From contig NC_134025.1 in the NCBI RefSeq assembly GCF_964204645.1, positions 14,012,001 to 14,076,000 of the forward strand: DNA of 64,000 bases. Reading direction: 5' to 3'. The notes under the pieces are model-generated. The model worked only from the letters and a program-made list of their open reading frames with translations. It was not told the DNA's origin and ran no database searches. The position numbers and the translations under genes were made by a program. Positions 35,603 through 49,099 of this stretch are shown piece by piece. This stretch comes from Tubulanus polymorphus. Its lineage: Eukaryota > Animalia > Nemertea. Every line of letters begins with the position of its first letter. Position 1 is the stretch's first letter.

Positions 35603-36450
35603 TTAACACGTTAGAATTCTTTTCATAACCTCATTCTCTTTTGTTTCTTCTCTTTTAAATTTTAAGTATTCATCTAAATTGCAACCATAAGCAACTGTAT
35701 GAATTCCATCATCTAAAATATATCTTTTATCATCAAATGGGTTTAGACTTATCTTTTCAATTTCTTCAACATATTGTTCATTATTTGGTTCATTGTTCCA
35801 TAATTCAATGAATTTCTTTGCTTTATCTAATTGATCCAAATATAACTGAAAATCTAGTTTATTAGATTAGATTTGATTTTCTTTCTTTTCAAGAGGTCTT
35901 AGATTCTTCCAATTCCAAATTAATTTCTGATTGTGTTCATCATTCATGTTAAATTTAGATATCGGTAACACATGATCAATATGAAAGTATTCACCATAGT
36001 TTTTTTCATTCATTTTATCGTCGAATTGATATACAATCCATGATTTGAGAAATTCATCTGAACACCCCAATAAATTAGATAGTGTAACTGAATGCGTTTC
36101 TTTGTTGAATAATTGTGATAATCTATTACCTAGACATTGTTTCATTTTAAAATTAAAATCTGTTTGATATCTTTCTTTATGATATTTATTTTGATACGCT
36201 TTAACGCGTTCTGGATTATTTTCCTTCCATTGCTTAATTTTATCGTTGCGCGCTTCAATATTATCTCTATAATATTGTTGATTATTCTGATTATAACAGC
36301 TTTTGCAATTATGGCGTAAACCATCTTTACCAATCTTGCGTTTATAATAATCTGTAAATGGCTTACTTATTTTAATGTGCAACATGTTTTATGATATATA
36401 TTTATAACACTATTTGTAATATTGATAGTTTGTGATTGTTCCGGCTCCAT
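35603..36450 (-). pseudogene. HNH endonuclease with zinc ribbon, fused in frame to the displaced pPolB C-terminus
   Basis: TAAATG start at 36450; KTCCT[C]KISKPF...DGLRHNCKSC; HIDHVLP...NWKNLRPLEKKENQI[*]SNK; continues in frame into YVEEIEK...RILTC. Confidence 0.82.
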
Positions 36451-36479
36451 TTATAATATATATTTTTATTAAAACTGAA

Positions 36480-39400
36480 TTAACACGTATAATCCTGTTC
36501 ATTATTTCCTTTTCTTTCTCTTCTTCTCTTTTAAATTTTATATATTCATCTAAATTGCAACCATACGCGACTGTGTGTATACCATCATCTAATATATATC
36601 TTTTATCATCAAATGAATTCAAACTTATCTTCTCTATTTCTTCAATAAACATTTCGTGGTACTCAGATCTTAAACATCTCATCTTATGTTTTCTAACTTC
36701 TTCATTGATTATACAATTGATGTAATCTTTGAAATGAATATTCTTTTCTACTACACTTTTGGTTATTCCTTTTAACTTTTTAGCTTCATGTTCTTTAGTT
36801 TTATATGAATACATTTTAGATCGAATACCAATGAATTCAATCATTTCTTCACCACCTAATTCATCTTTGAATTTACCGGGAACTTTTTTATTATCATTGC
36901 TAAACAATTCATGATCTTTAGATAATTACTGAAATCAAAATGATGTTTTAATGTTTTTAAATCATCAGTTATGTTATCAGTTTTTATCTTTAATATGTAA
37001 CTGTCGGTATCAAAATATAATATTTCTATATGTTTTTCTCCAAAAAGTGGTTGTAATACATTATAATAGAATTCATACATTAGTAATTTTGATAATTCTA
37101 AAACTGAAGCGCTAACATAGATTGGTTTATTAAATTTCATTGATGTTCTTCTCATCTTAACTGCAGCTAAATTTTCATCAAATATTCTGTTACCAATGAA
37201 CTTAGGATATGATTGTAAATGCCTTATCCTTTTACCATTACTAACTAACTCAATATCATTTCTATTTCTAATATTTTCACAAGTCTTACCATAGAATGCA
37301 TTATTCATTAACTTGAAGAAATCTTTCTCGAAATCAGTTTTAGCTTCAGTTCTCTGTTTGGTGTTAAAATCTATATATTTTTCTAACCACTTAGATTGAC
37401 TGAATGAAATATATCTATGTACTTTTTTTAGAACCATTCCTTGATTCAAATAAAACTTTAACATTCTATAATGTACTACATAATTATATTTATCTTCTTG
37501 AGTTACCATTAACTTTTCTGTATGAATATGATTTTCGGGTTTAATTCTTTTTTGGTAATTTGATAATTCTTCATGAGTTACAGTTTTATGTTCGGAACAG
37601 TAAGCTAGATTTCTAGATTTAAATTTTTTATCTTCAGGATATTCCAAGTCTACAACAAAGAAGTAACCATTATCTGAATCATCTGCAATATCTAGAATTC
37701 TTTTCTTCCAATCAAATTTATCATTATTTTCACGTTGTAAAACTTCACTTATTTCAAATACTCCATAAGGTTGTGGTTCCATCACTGCCCAACCATACAA
37801 ATTATTTGCATCTATATATAATAACTTATATCCAGGGTTATCATTTACATTGAAATATCTATCACCTAATACACCTGAAACACCTCCTCTTATAGATTTT
37901 TCAAATAATAGTAATTGATCTATATTTGTTAACAAATCCATTTTTATATCTGTATATTTTAATCCACAATCCTATGTTAATCCTGGTGATGAATAACAAT
38001 GACAAGGATCAATATTGAAATATTTTAGGTTTACATCTCTAAACCTTTCGAATATATCGGTTAATAATAATACATCTGATTTTAGATATAAATCTACTAA
38101 TTGCCCATGATTTTCTATTTTGAAATGATTCCAAATATTCAATGTTCTATTATATACTTCATCTTTTACATATTCATTTTTTAATTCATCATAGCATTGT
38201 TCTTTCAATAATTCAGTTATGTTATAATCATTATGATTTTTATAGAAAGAATATGGAATTGCTCCTTTATATCTCATTAATTGAAAATCATCATTATTTG
38301 GGTAGTGTTGTTTTAATATTTTTAATTCATCATCAACTAATGATTTTGATAAGTTATCTAATGAACTATTTAAAAATGTATATGAATCTATAAATCTTAA
38401 ACACCCAAATCGGAATGATATATAATTCTCAGATGTTTTAGCTAACATTCTAAATTTATAAGTTGGCATTTTATCTTTTGATCTATTTGAATTTAATCTT
38501 TCTATTTCATTATCAATTTCTTCTATTTCATGACATAACTGTTTGATAAATAAATGTGCATCATATCCTGATAGATTATGAAATATAACTGGTACAAAGT
38601 TAATTTTCTTAGCTTGTAAGTTACAATTCTCATGTGCGGCGCCTCTAAACTTTCCATTCAAATGATCATGGTCTCTTAATTTTTTATCTCTAAAATTAAA
38701 TATCTTTTCACAATAATAACATTTATCTGCAAACTCAAATGCTTCTTTATCTTCTTCTGTCATTATAATTTCTATATTTGTATTCAATAATTTACTAAAT
38801 ATTATTTCATATTCAATTAATAAGTCACAAAAATGATTGATAACATTTTCATTTCTATAATGATAATATTCACTTTCAATTAGTTCTGGATAATCAGATT
38901 TAATATATAACCCGAAAGCTGCAGCTGATTGATGAATCTTTTTAATAGTATTTGTTTTTGGTGGTTCTTCTGAAAAATCATTTTCATTAGAATTTAATTT
39001 CTTTCTTTTATAATATATTTCTTTTCTATCTTGATCAGTTAATTCTTTATTTAATGATTCAAAATCTCCACATATTACAAATGGTACTTTATTTTTGTAA
39101 TCATATTTTTTGAATTCTAATATTTTATCCTTTTCATTTGGTAAAACTAATTTACAATAATCATGATTTTCACATAATTGTTTATGATTTAATAATGTAC
39201 TTTCATTACTGAATCTATGTCAACATTTTCTACATAGATATATTTTATTATGGTGATCACTTTCTGTTCTAAAGAATAAATCTATTTGTTTAATCCACAT
39301 ATAATGATTCTCATAATATAATATATCTATAACATCGTTTGAATCATAATCTTTTGATAGATATAAAGGTTCTAATGTATAATGTTTTATATTGTTACCT

Positions 39401-40512
39401 TTTGTATTTGGTAATTTGATTAAATCAAATACATTTATTCTTAAATTATTATCTCTTTCTATTTTTGGGATGTTTTTAATTATAACAGGATACTTATCTA
39501 TCTTATAATTATTTTCAAATGGTTTATAATGAGTTAATCTACAAATATTATAAGTTGCAGGATGTAAACAACTTATTATAGCCCATAGAAAACATTTATC
39601 ATCTTCATTTTGTACATTTATTACGGCATTAGTTTTAAATGGTAGTTTAATATAACTTGATGCTTCAATATCTGGTTCTTTATAATATGATACATTATTT
39701 TCATCAATTGGTTTTGATTTAGTTAACTTATTATATTTTGTCTTATAAACATGTAAAGTCATAAATATTATTTCATCAAATATTAAACCAGATCCTTCAA
39801 AATATTTCTCTTCTATTTTAGTTTTTACTTCATTATAACATTTATCTAATTTATCATCTATATGTTGTTTAGATATAATATGTTGTGAATGAGAATTTAT
39901 ATTATATATTGGTTTATCTTCAGATTTTATGAATTTAACTTTAGAAGATATACTTATTTTAGGATATTCAACATCAGTTATTATTTTTATTATTTCTTTC
40001 ATATTTTCTAAATGTTTTTTATTTTCTTCTAATGTTTTTCCTTTATGAAATTTAAACTCGATAGCTGCTGGACCAATATCACTTTTAAATGCTTCGGTTA
40101 TCTCTATATCGTTTTTATTATCCAATGAATTAATATATTTTCTTACATCTTCCATGTATGGTCTTTTATTGTTTAATTTATTTTTTATGTTTTTAATTGT
40201 CTTCTGTTTCTTATCATTATCTTCATCAAAATAATCTTCACCTAAAATATCATTATTCTTATTTCTAATATGACTTTTAGATTTTAAATGTTCATTATAA
40301 TATCTTTTATCACTGAATGATTGATTACATGTATCACATTTATATATTTCTTTTTTATTCTTTAATTCATCTAATTTAGATTCTAATATATCATCTTCAT
40401 ATTCTAGTTTCAATTTATTCTCTAAATGTGTTTTAGTTTTATTGTGTCTTGCTTTTTGGGATTTATCTATATTGATATTACATGTTGGGCAGTAGTACTT
40501 ATTTGCTTCCAT
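36480..40512 (-). pseudogene. polB: E2 protein-primed DNA polymerase B, multiple stops and frameshifts
   Basis: Fragments of 430, 271, 361 and 165 aa collinear with the reconstructed E1 pol; no internal amplification. Confidence 0.93.
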
Positions 40513-40770
40513 TTTAATACTAAATTTTTTATTAAAATTGATTTTAGAAGTTCAATGATTTATATCATGTATTATTTCAATCACACTTTACTAACACTTT
40601 TAATGTTTAAAAATCTAACTCATACAAATATGAATATTGAAATAATGTTGTAAATATATCTATATATCTATTCTATAAGAGCTTACACTTTTATATTGAA
40701 TAATCTGTCAATTTAAATGTTATTCATGTAAATTATGTTTATATATATATATATATATGAATATTTTAAG

Positions 40771-40958
40771 AGTAATAGGGGTAATAGGCTTTCAGGTTAA
40801 AGGTTGAAGGGGCGAGTGGTAAAAAATGAAAATAACAATAATTTACAGTTGAATTAGGAGTGTGCGCGACTAATTCAACTGTAAATTATTGTTATTTTCA
40901 TTTTTTTACGAGCTCGACCCTTCGACCTTTGATCTGAAAGCCTATTACCCCTATTACT
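40771..40958 (+). repeat. Terminal imperfect palindrome (188 bp), right TIR tip of E2
   Basis: AGTAATAGGGG...CCCCTATTACT; unrelated sequence follows immediately. Confidence 0.92.
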
Positions 40959-43899
40959 AGTGTTCCCTCGTGGGACGACCCACGCGCCGCGCCCGACGCA
41001 CCGCGAATAGGATGTTGCCGAGACCAACACACGGATTGCGGCATTAAATGTTTGTGGATTATTTAACAAAATGAAATCACCTGACTTAGGCGATTGTATA
41101 ACACAATTTGACTTTTTTGTTTATCGGAAACTAAACTCGATGCGTGCGACTCGGAATTAGTTAAAGAACAACTACCTAGCGGATACAGTGCTATTTTTAA
41201 GAACAGACATAATCTAGCCGTTAGAAAATCTGGCAGAATTGGGATAATATACCGAAGCGAATATAGTAAATATGTCAAAGAAATACAAACCGAAAAATAT
41301 AGCTGCAAAGCAGCGATAACGGGTTTTCTGAGTAGGCGTGCTATTCATAATTTGAAAAGTGGATAAAAGAAATATATCAATACGGGATACGCATTTCATG
41401 TGTCAAGTCACACCAATGCGGTTTAACATAACATAATTTATAGTTATAGTCAAATTGGGGGTTACTCGGGTCGTTTATTTGTCTGTGGAGTCGAGTAGAT
41501 TGGTTACCCGTCTGTAACATTGGTTAGGGAAACGACTCGTCAGCTTGATGAGTTGTATGTATTATGATTGTGCGCCACCTGCATTTTCCGAAATAATGTT
41601 CATATAATTATTTGAAGGGACGATTAAAATCAATTATCAACGTACATCTGAATATGTAATAGTCCTTAGTAACTTTCTGTTGCAGAGGGCATAGAAAAGA
41701 TTTTGAAATTATTTAATTAAAATATAAATTTTATTTACGAAAAAGAAACTATTATGGTCAGTACAAATTGAAAATTCATAGTGTATTTTTAAGAACAAGC
41801 TTACATAGCTTACAGAATACATCACGTACATTTGAATCTTATAAGTGATGGGTAAAAAATCAACGTGTGACAGAAAAAAATGTAGTTAATTATTTAACAA
41901 TATCGAAATATGTGCTCTCTTTTTAAACTAATGGAGTGATACGCAATTAATCACATGGCCTGTATTAAAAGATAGAACATACAAATTGGATATTTATAAG
42001 TCGAAACATGTGAACAGAAACTAAAACTTTGATGTCAGTGACCAGTAGTATGGAATTACACAACGACAATTGGCTTTAAACTCAACAAACATTATTAAAG
42101 AATGTTTCAAACAAAATGCTTTATAAAACGACATGAATAAACTTGTTTTACAAAACAAGAAAGTACATTTTGAACTTTTGAATGGTCGAATCCCATTTAT
42201 TCACAGTAACCTGTGATGTGGCGATCCTCGGAGCCATCATTCTTGATGACGTCACTAACAAGTGGTCACGGCCGTCGCGTGCACTCATTTCTTTGAAAAT
42301 CTAGCTTCCTCGCGGAGCGGGTCCTGGTGACGCTTCGCCCTGCCCCCTTCGCGCTGAGAAATATCTTATTCCCAGTCAGCAAAGACAGGTTCTAAAGATC
42401 ATAGAGTGCATCGCTGGAGGGTTTCCGATCCAATTTGAATTGGTGCGGTGGCGCTCTCAATGCGGAAGTTTTTGTGAATTTTTCAGTCGGCGACGGACGT
42501 TTATCGTTGTAAGTGATGTAATATGTAAAAAATGCAGGGAAACCTATCTCAATTTGTTTTTAGCGATGCAGCGGAACTAATAAGGAACATTTTGATATAT
42601 AACATGACTATAGTACACTATCCCTGATGGAATAATAAGCTCCACTCGACAAACTCGTTCCCGTGCATTTTTATCTGTTTCAGCCACAGGGGCTCGTATC
42701 AGAGTTGTTGGTAATGTAAAAACGAAAATCTGTTAATCCAATGTATATAGTATATATGAAATAACAAGGGGGCTAACGACGATCACAAACTACTCAACTT
42801 CAGTCGCTTACTTTTTCGTTATTTTGAGTTTGTCCGCGAGTTTGTATACTGTCAAATGAAGTTTCTTCGTCAATTTGTCGTATGTAAGTATCAATCTATA
42901 GGTTATATTGGCCCTATTAGGGGTTCGATACCGAAATTTGGTGAATTCCTCAGATTTATTTTAATTTATTCCAGGTTGTTATCAGAAAAATATGTACTTT
43001 ATTTCATAGGTTAGTCTTTGATTGAAAACTAAAAATGGATGATAGTTCTAAATTTGATGTTGATTCACATGACCAATCTAGTAAGTATGGCTCACTCGTC
43101 TTTTAGAATAAGAGACCTATTGCATTAATGCTTCAATTCAAGTTGCTATACAACCTTTTATACAGATATTTACCTTATCAATATAAACATGTATTTGCCA
43201 TTAGCCATACAATTCAGTAAAACTTTTCCCGTCCAGATTTTGAAACATCATTTGACTCAATTTTTCCTCCTAGAAAATTGCTTTAGCTCATTCCAATGTT
43301 CGCAGTAAAAGTGAATGTAGCATGTATGATTCCCATCCATCAATTTTGTCTTGTTTCGTATTTTTAGCGAAAATCTCGAAAAAGTCTGACGTCGAGGCAG
43401 GTGGTGGCTAGACAAAGACATATTCTTGGGAAATATTTAAAGACGCATGGCATGACTTATTGTTCACTTTTTCACTTTTTCCTATCCTTATTTAGAAATT
43501 GAAGTATTGTAATAAACTATTGATTTATTTTTGTTGATCAACGCAACTAGTTTTGTTGTTTTCTTTCTTAATTTACATTTGAATTGGATGGTCATCTTGC
43601 GTAGGAGTCAGTTTGTCATCGAAGCAATACAGTCTAACTTGTTGACGTCTCAGATGCAGCGGGGCAGGGCGGTCATTATATTGTGGACTTATCCAAATAA
43701 CACTTACACAGCCCAACGTGTTTCAGTGTGTAAACTCCGTCGTACTCGGCATTATAAGACCGTGAGGAATTGAGTTTTAGTCACCTGAGCCCTCGGCTTG
43801 ATTCGACCAAAAAGATCTTAACTGACTTCACAGAATTTGATTATGAGTCAAGGATTTTCTAAATTTCTGAATGGGTAGTTGAAAAAAAAATAAAAACAA

Positions 43900-45387
43900 C
43901 AATATTTCAACTAGCTTGTTAATCTAGTATATTTTTAGTTACATTCTAGTTAAATTCTAGTTGCAACAACACAATTTTTGTTTGTTATATAAATGGGAGG
44001 TGGAAAGAAAATAAAATCTAAAAATAGTGATGTTCCAATTGAACAAACTTTGGATGATTTAGGTATAACAGAAACAAAATTAGCGTCAGATAATAATGGT
44101 GCTTTAAATGATATTGTAAAAGTTTTATTAGTAAAAATTTAACTTATAATGAATTAGATACAATGAAATCAGATGAAATTATTAAATTATTTAAGATTTA
44201 TGAAACTGCGAGAATAGCTAGAATTAATGATGCTATATCAGAAAATGTAGTAAAAGGTTATAGTAAATTATGTAATTATATGCTGCCAACTCAAGATGAA
44301 AATAGATTATATTCCGATTCAAAAAATGATTATTTAGTTATGACTGAATTAAATAAATGGATTGGATATTTATCATTTCAATTAGGTGGATTTATGACGC
44401 TATTATCAACTGGAGTTATAACATTTTCAAATATTGAAAGTAAAAATTTTTCTACAATAAATGAACGAAGTGGAAGAGGTGAAAGAATTAACTGTGAAGA
44501 AAAAACCGAGAACTCAGAAACAAATTGAATGATCTCGGCAATTAGGAATTAGATCAAGAGAATTTAAAAAAGCTATAAAAGAAAAAATAAATAATAATGA
44601 TGTTAATAAAAATGGTGAAAATATTGTTATTTCTACTCCTTCTGGTAATAGATTGATAGATATTTATATTTTACAACTGGATTTGTAATTGTATTCATTT
44701 TGATTGGGTGTAGTTGGTATAAGAAATCAAATAAAATCCATGGTATTAATAATTCTGAAACTACTGCTATTGAAAATGAAAATACTTCTGAAATTCCAAA
44801 ATTCACAATAATAAAAATGGATTAATATTTTAGAAAAAAGCAAAAAAATATTTTTATTTTAATTAATTGAATATCTCACTACTTTTATCTATCTACGCGA
44901 AGCAATTGAATTGTCCAGATAAGTCATTTCGGATTCTTGATATAAATTTTTTTATTTTTTTATTATTTTATTTCTTAATTATTTAGTCAACAACTTCTAA
45001 ATCATGATGCCCGTCTTCATTTTTCCCATGGTAAATTATTTTAAATCCCTCTAAACCTTCTAATTCCTCTGTACTCAATGCAACCCATTTATCAGGTTAA
45101 AATACATTAAATTCTCGCGTTGTACTAACATTACAGTAACTTAATTTTGCTGTTACTTTCTCTCCATATTTAGTTTTTATCTTCAATATTTATTTTATTT
45201 CAATATTTTGTGTTCAATTTCTTTTGTAACATCGACAAACTTTTTTATTTCAAATTGTTTTTTTGTTGGTTTTATTCTGTTATTTATTGTTGCTAAGAAT
45301 GCTTTTCTATCTCCCATTTATTATGGGCAAACATTACTTGTGGTGATGTGTGGTGTGTCGTCCTCACGTCCTCTGGTCTGAAACCCT
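43900..45387. mobile_element. Degenerate inverted fragment of an E3-type Polinton left arm
   Basis: Reverse-complement homology to ~53110..54730: ACTAG repeats, 200-aa-family gene (43993..44528, with deletion), TM gene, conserved motif, SSB-like gene (44983..45317, -). Confidence 0.88.
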
Positions 45388-45735
45388 GATATTCCAATTA
45401 CTTCCAGTCACTGCAAATATTGTAAGCACGAAAAAGCATGGTATTGATGAGTCCTATTTTCCATTTGTACGTGCACATAGCGTTGAAATTCAAAAGAAGG
45501 CCTGTGTTGGAAGTTTTCCTGTACACTCGAGATATAAAATCATAACCGGTTTCTAACGGAATTTGTATTTCGGTATCGAGAAAAGCTAATAGATTAGGAC
45601 CCAGTTCAAAAGTGAATTTCAAGTTAGAATGGAGGCGATTCAATTCTTCAAAAAATAGTCTCTAAGTGGATTCATTTCGAAATATGCCGAAAATATCGCC
45701 AACGTATCTCAGGTATAATGTCGGTTTGTACACGC
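45388..45735 (-). mobile_element. Penelope-like reverse transcriptase fragment
   Basis: YLRYVGDIFGIF (degenerate YxDD), LKFTFE, LAFLD, VYRK, RAYNICS. Confidence 0.75.
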
Positions 45736-45762
45736 CGGTAAGACAGTGAGTGACAGTTTTAC

Positions 45763-47508
45763 AGACAGTGAGTAGACAATTTGAGCAACAACATGCCATA
45801 AACAAAGACAGAAAGAACATATGACTAATTACTTTACAAAAACGACAAAAAATACATTTCTACACAAAACATCAAGTTGCTATACTCCACTTTACTTTCA
45901 CTGCGACTTTTGCATATACATGTACGCCAAAGTCGAGAAACAACTACCGGGATAAATCATGTAAAAAATAGAAAAAAAACAATAGTATCCATACTTGTTG
46001 ACCAAGCACAACAACGTTACAAAATTTAAAAAAAAACATATCTCTAACGTAACAATACTTGTTGACTATAAAGCGCAACAACGTTACAAAATCATTAAAA
46101 AAACGTATCTCGAACGTAACAATACTTGTTGACTATAAAGCCCAACAACGTTACAAAATCATTTAAAACCTTATTACTCGGAATCTCATCTTATCTAGAA
46201 AACATGTAATACATAATATATGAAAAATTACACAATGAACATAAAAACAATAATAACAACAAGTGCTCAAATTGTTTAAGAAATCTAAGGTATATATAAT
46301 ATGAAAACAAAAAAACAGACAGAGGGGTATGTGGTACGTATTTCACAATACATGTGAAACAAGGCATTTGACATTGAAATATTGACCAATCTACTGGCAC
46401 ATTTGCCATCTCAATATCGCTTTAGAGGTGGTCGCGATCGTATCCAAAAAATTAATGAGCATCAAATCAATCACGACACTATTCCTTTTATTCCATGAAA
46501 TTTATGTCTTTTCAATCGATCGCAAACGGAACACAAATTTAGAATTTTCGCATCGAGAATAGAAATATCGGCTGCGGATTCCTCGGCAGAATACACAATA
46601 TCTACTAAGATACACTGATGGATGATCAGTGACATGATTTGGGATTTTTTCGAAATTGAGATCCAGCTCAATCACGCTAAAAACTGGGCTCACGAATTCA
46701 AGCAGCTTTGATGTGTCTAGTCGCTCCGGTTGTAAAATATCCACAGACAAATGCTCATTATCCCAGTCTAAGATGGAAACAACGTCGATTGGTGAACTAA
46801 CTATCATTGGGCACTGATTCTCGCCCAGATTCATGCATAAACCTTCTCTGATAATTCGGAGGTTTTCAATTTGTTTACGCTAATTGAACATCATAAGCCC
46901 CTGCAGATCTCGAATTTTCTTCTTCGCGGACTTTTGACGGGTTCGCTTCTCAGGGTTCCAGCAAAATCGGGTAAATTGTCCGATCATATAACAACGGTTG
47001 CAGCGTGTCCTGTGCGTGACAACATGTCCGGCTCCAACACTTGAGTCCACAATTCTTGCAAAGTACAGCCATTACTTATCCAAAACTAGGCACAAGATTG
47101 TTAACCTGCAGTGCCTGTCAGATCTTGCCAACGGGTTCTCCACCAATTGTAACCACTAGCATTTTCAGTGCACTCGGGAACTAGCCCGTCAAAATAAATC
47201 CAAGTCATCAATTCCATCTTGATGAAATATCTTTTATTCAAATGCTTGGTCGGCTTCCGACCGCAACAAATGCTCAGTACAAACTGCCAACTAAAAGTGT
47301 GTGTTGTATCCTTCATTCTATCTCAACTGACTCATATATATTCGTGCATAGTAACAAAAACTTAGGTATGAAAAATAAAGGTGACAGACAGTGAGTAGAC
47401 AATTTGAGCTACAACATACCATAAACAAAGACAGAAAGAACATACGACTAATTACTTTACAAAAACGACTAACAAATACATTTCTACACAAAACAAAAAG
47501 TTGCTATA
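45763..47508 (-). mobile_element. Degenerate element with ~120-bp direct repeats and a gag-like zinc-knuckle relic
   Basis: ACAGACAGTGAGTAGACAATTTGAGC...AGTTGCTATA at ~45763 and ~47384; CKNCG.../CNRCYMIGQFTRFC near 46960-47080. Confidence 0.45.
45990..46165. repeat. ~60-67-bp tandem repeat, 3 copies
   Basis: ATACTTGTTGAC...CAACAACGTTACAAAAT repeated. Confidence 0.75.
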
Positions 47509-47692
47509 TTAGCTGAGAATTTATTATTAATTATTCGACCACGACTGACACTAATTTAAACTAGATTACAACAAACGAATCAATGATGCATAGTCGACAA
47601 ACATTAATTAAACCGGTTGATAACAAACGAAAACGTTGCGTTGATTAATTTAATTCTTTGCTGCCAGATAATCCCCTTTTAAATACAGTTTA

Positions 47693-47997
47693 CAAAGGCG
47701 GATCCAGGGGCATGTTGTGACCAGGTCGACCAATAAGAAGGGCATATATTCTTAATTTAGGGCGGAAAGGCATATCAGCAAAATCTTTTTTTGAAATTTT
47801 ACTATCATTTTAGAGCTTTCTGAGCATCTCTGAGAGGCATTTAGTCAAGAAACATAGGTTACATATTTAGGAAAAATATCTATTGTATATCTCAGGTGGT
47901 TACAACGGCAAATTTTTGATCCAGAGAAAAAATGAAAAGGCACTTCAAAATGACGAGTGTCGGGCGACACGGTCGACACGGTCTAAATCCAGCCCTG
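47693..47997. mobile_element. Possible ~300-bp MITE
   Basis: Imperfect termini AGGCGGATCCAG / CTAAATCCAGCCCTG; TSD not clean. Confidence 0.3.
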
Positions 47998-48630
47998 GTT
48001 TATATATAGATTATATATATTTATTGAAACTTACCAATTAGTTTTTTTCTTTTTCAACTACAGAATCAGTGTGACTACATTCGGTGAGATCCGGAGAAAA
48101 TGGCGGTCAGACAAAGTGTTTCCCCCTAGGAAGCAACAGGAGGCTGTATCAAAACAGAGCCAGAATCGCCAGGCCGCAGCTGATCCTGATTAAGGACAAG
48201 CAGCTCCAGGGCAAATACTAGAGCAGAAACATTTAAAATCGTCCGAGGGAACGACACGTGAGGGAGCAGACAGCGGAATATCGTACTTGATGCGATTCTT
48301 TCCCAGCTTGCGAAATTACAGCTCCTAAATGACTTACAGAACCCATTACCAACAATGCGCGACATCAACAATACGCATGCGTTAAAAATATTTCACGCGG
48401 CTATTGACAAACAGAAGCTGGAATCTAAAAAGTCCCTATCACTGTCTTCCAGTTTATGGAAACTGAATATTGCATACCCTATCTTGTATCTCAAATTCCG
48501 GTCTTTCTTGTGGTACAAAAATCAATAATATTTACTAATATATTATGCAACATCCAATTCTAACGCGCTATCCGTGCATTCGTTAATTCAATGGGCGTTG
48601 GGCGCAAATGCGCGGTAAGCCGCTTTCAGC

Positions 48631-49056
48631 TGTAACCGTCGATCTGTGAAGGTAAATCCGGTTCTCCGCCATCTGTAACCGGCTGGTTGTTGTATCGGCA
48701 GGCTGGCTGGGGGAACTAGCATTTACACCAGCGGTACAGGATTCCATCCATCAGGAACAACAAGGCAGTTAAACCTTATATGTACAATCTTTATTGCATC
48801 CCGGAATGAGAATGATTATCAAAGCTTTACATAGTCTTTATATACAGAATCATGAGTATAATGTGAGAACTAGGAGTCAGACAAGTTGTAGACATCAGGA
48901 CTCACAAACAAACACCTAGTGACATGTTTGAGAGACATTAATTAATTATCGATGAGCACTGACTATAGCTAATTATCGTGAAAACATGTTGAGTAATGTC
49001 ACATGTTGATTACGATCTTAAAGCACATATCGACACTATAGTCATAAGTTATATTA

Positions 49057-49099
<43 letters not shown>

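Larger units (their letters stand above)
21800..40958. mobile_element. Polinton element E2, degenerate; left TIR not found
   Basis: Same gene order as E1 with many stops and frameshifts; ends ...CCCCTATTACT at 40958; left boundary approximate. Confidence 0.92.

Noticed and set aside
42150-43090. Possible host gene 5' exons (GC-richer patch; ATGGATGATAGT...CTA/GTAAGT at ~43036-43086)
   Set aside because: Splice-like signals are present but no recognisable protein; cannot be supported without RNA data
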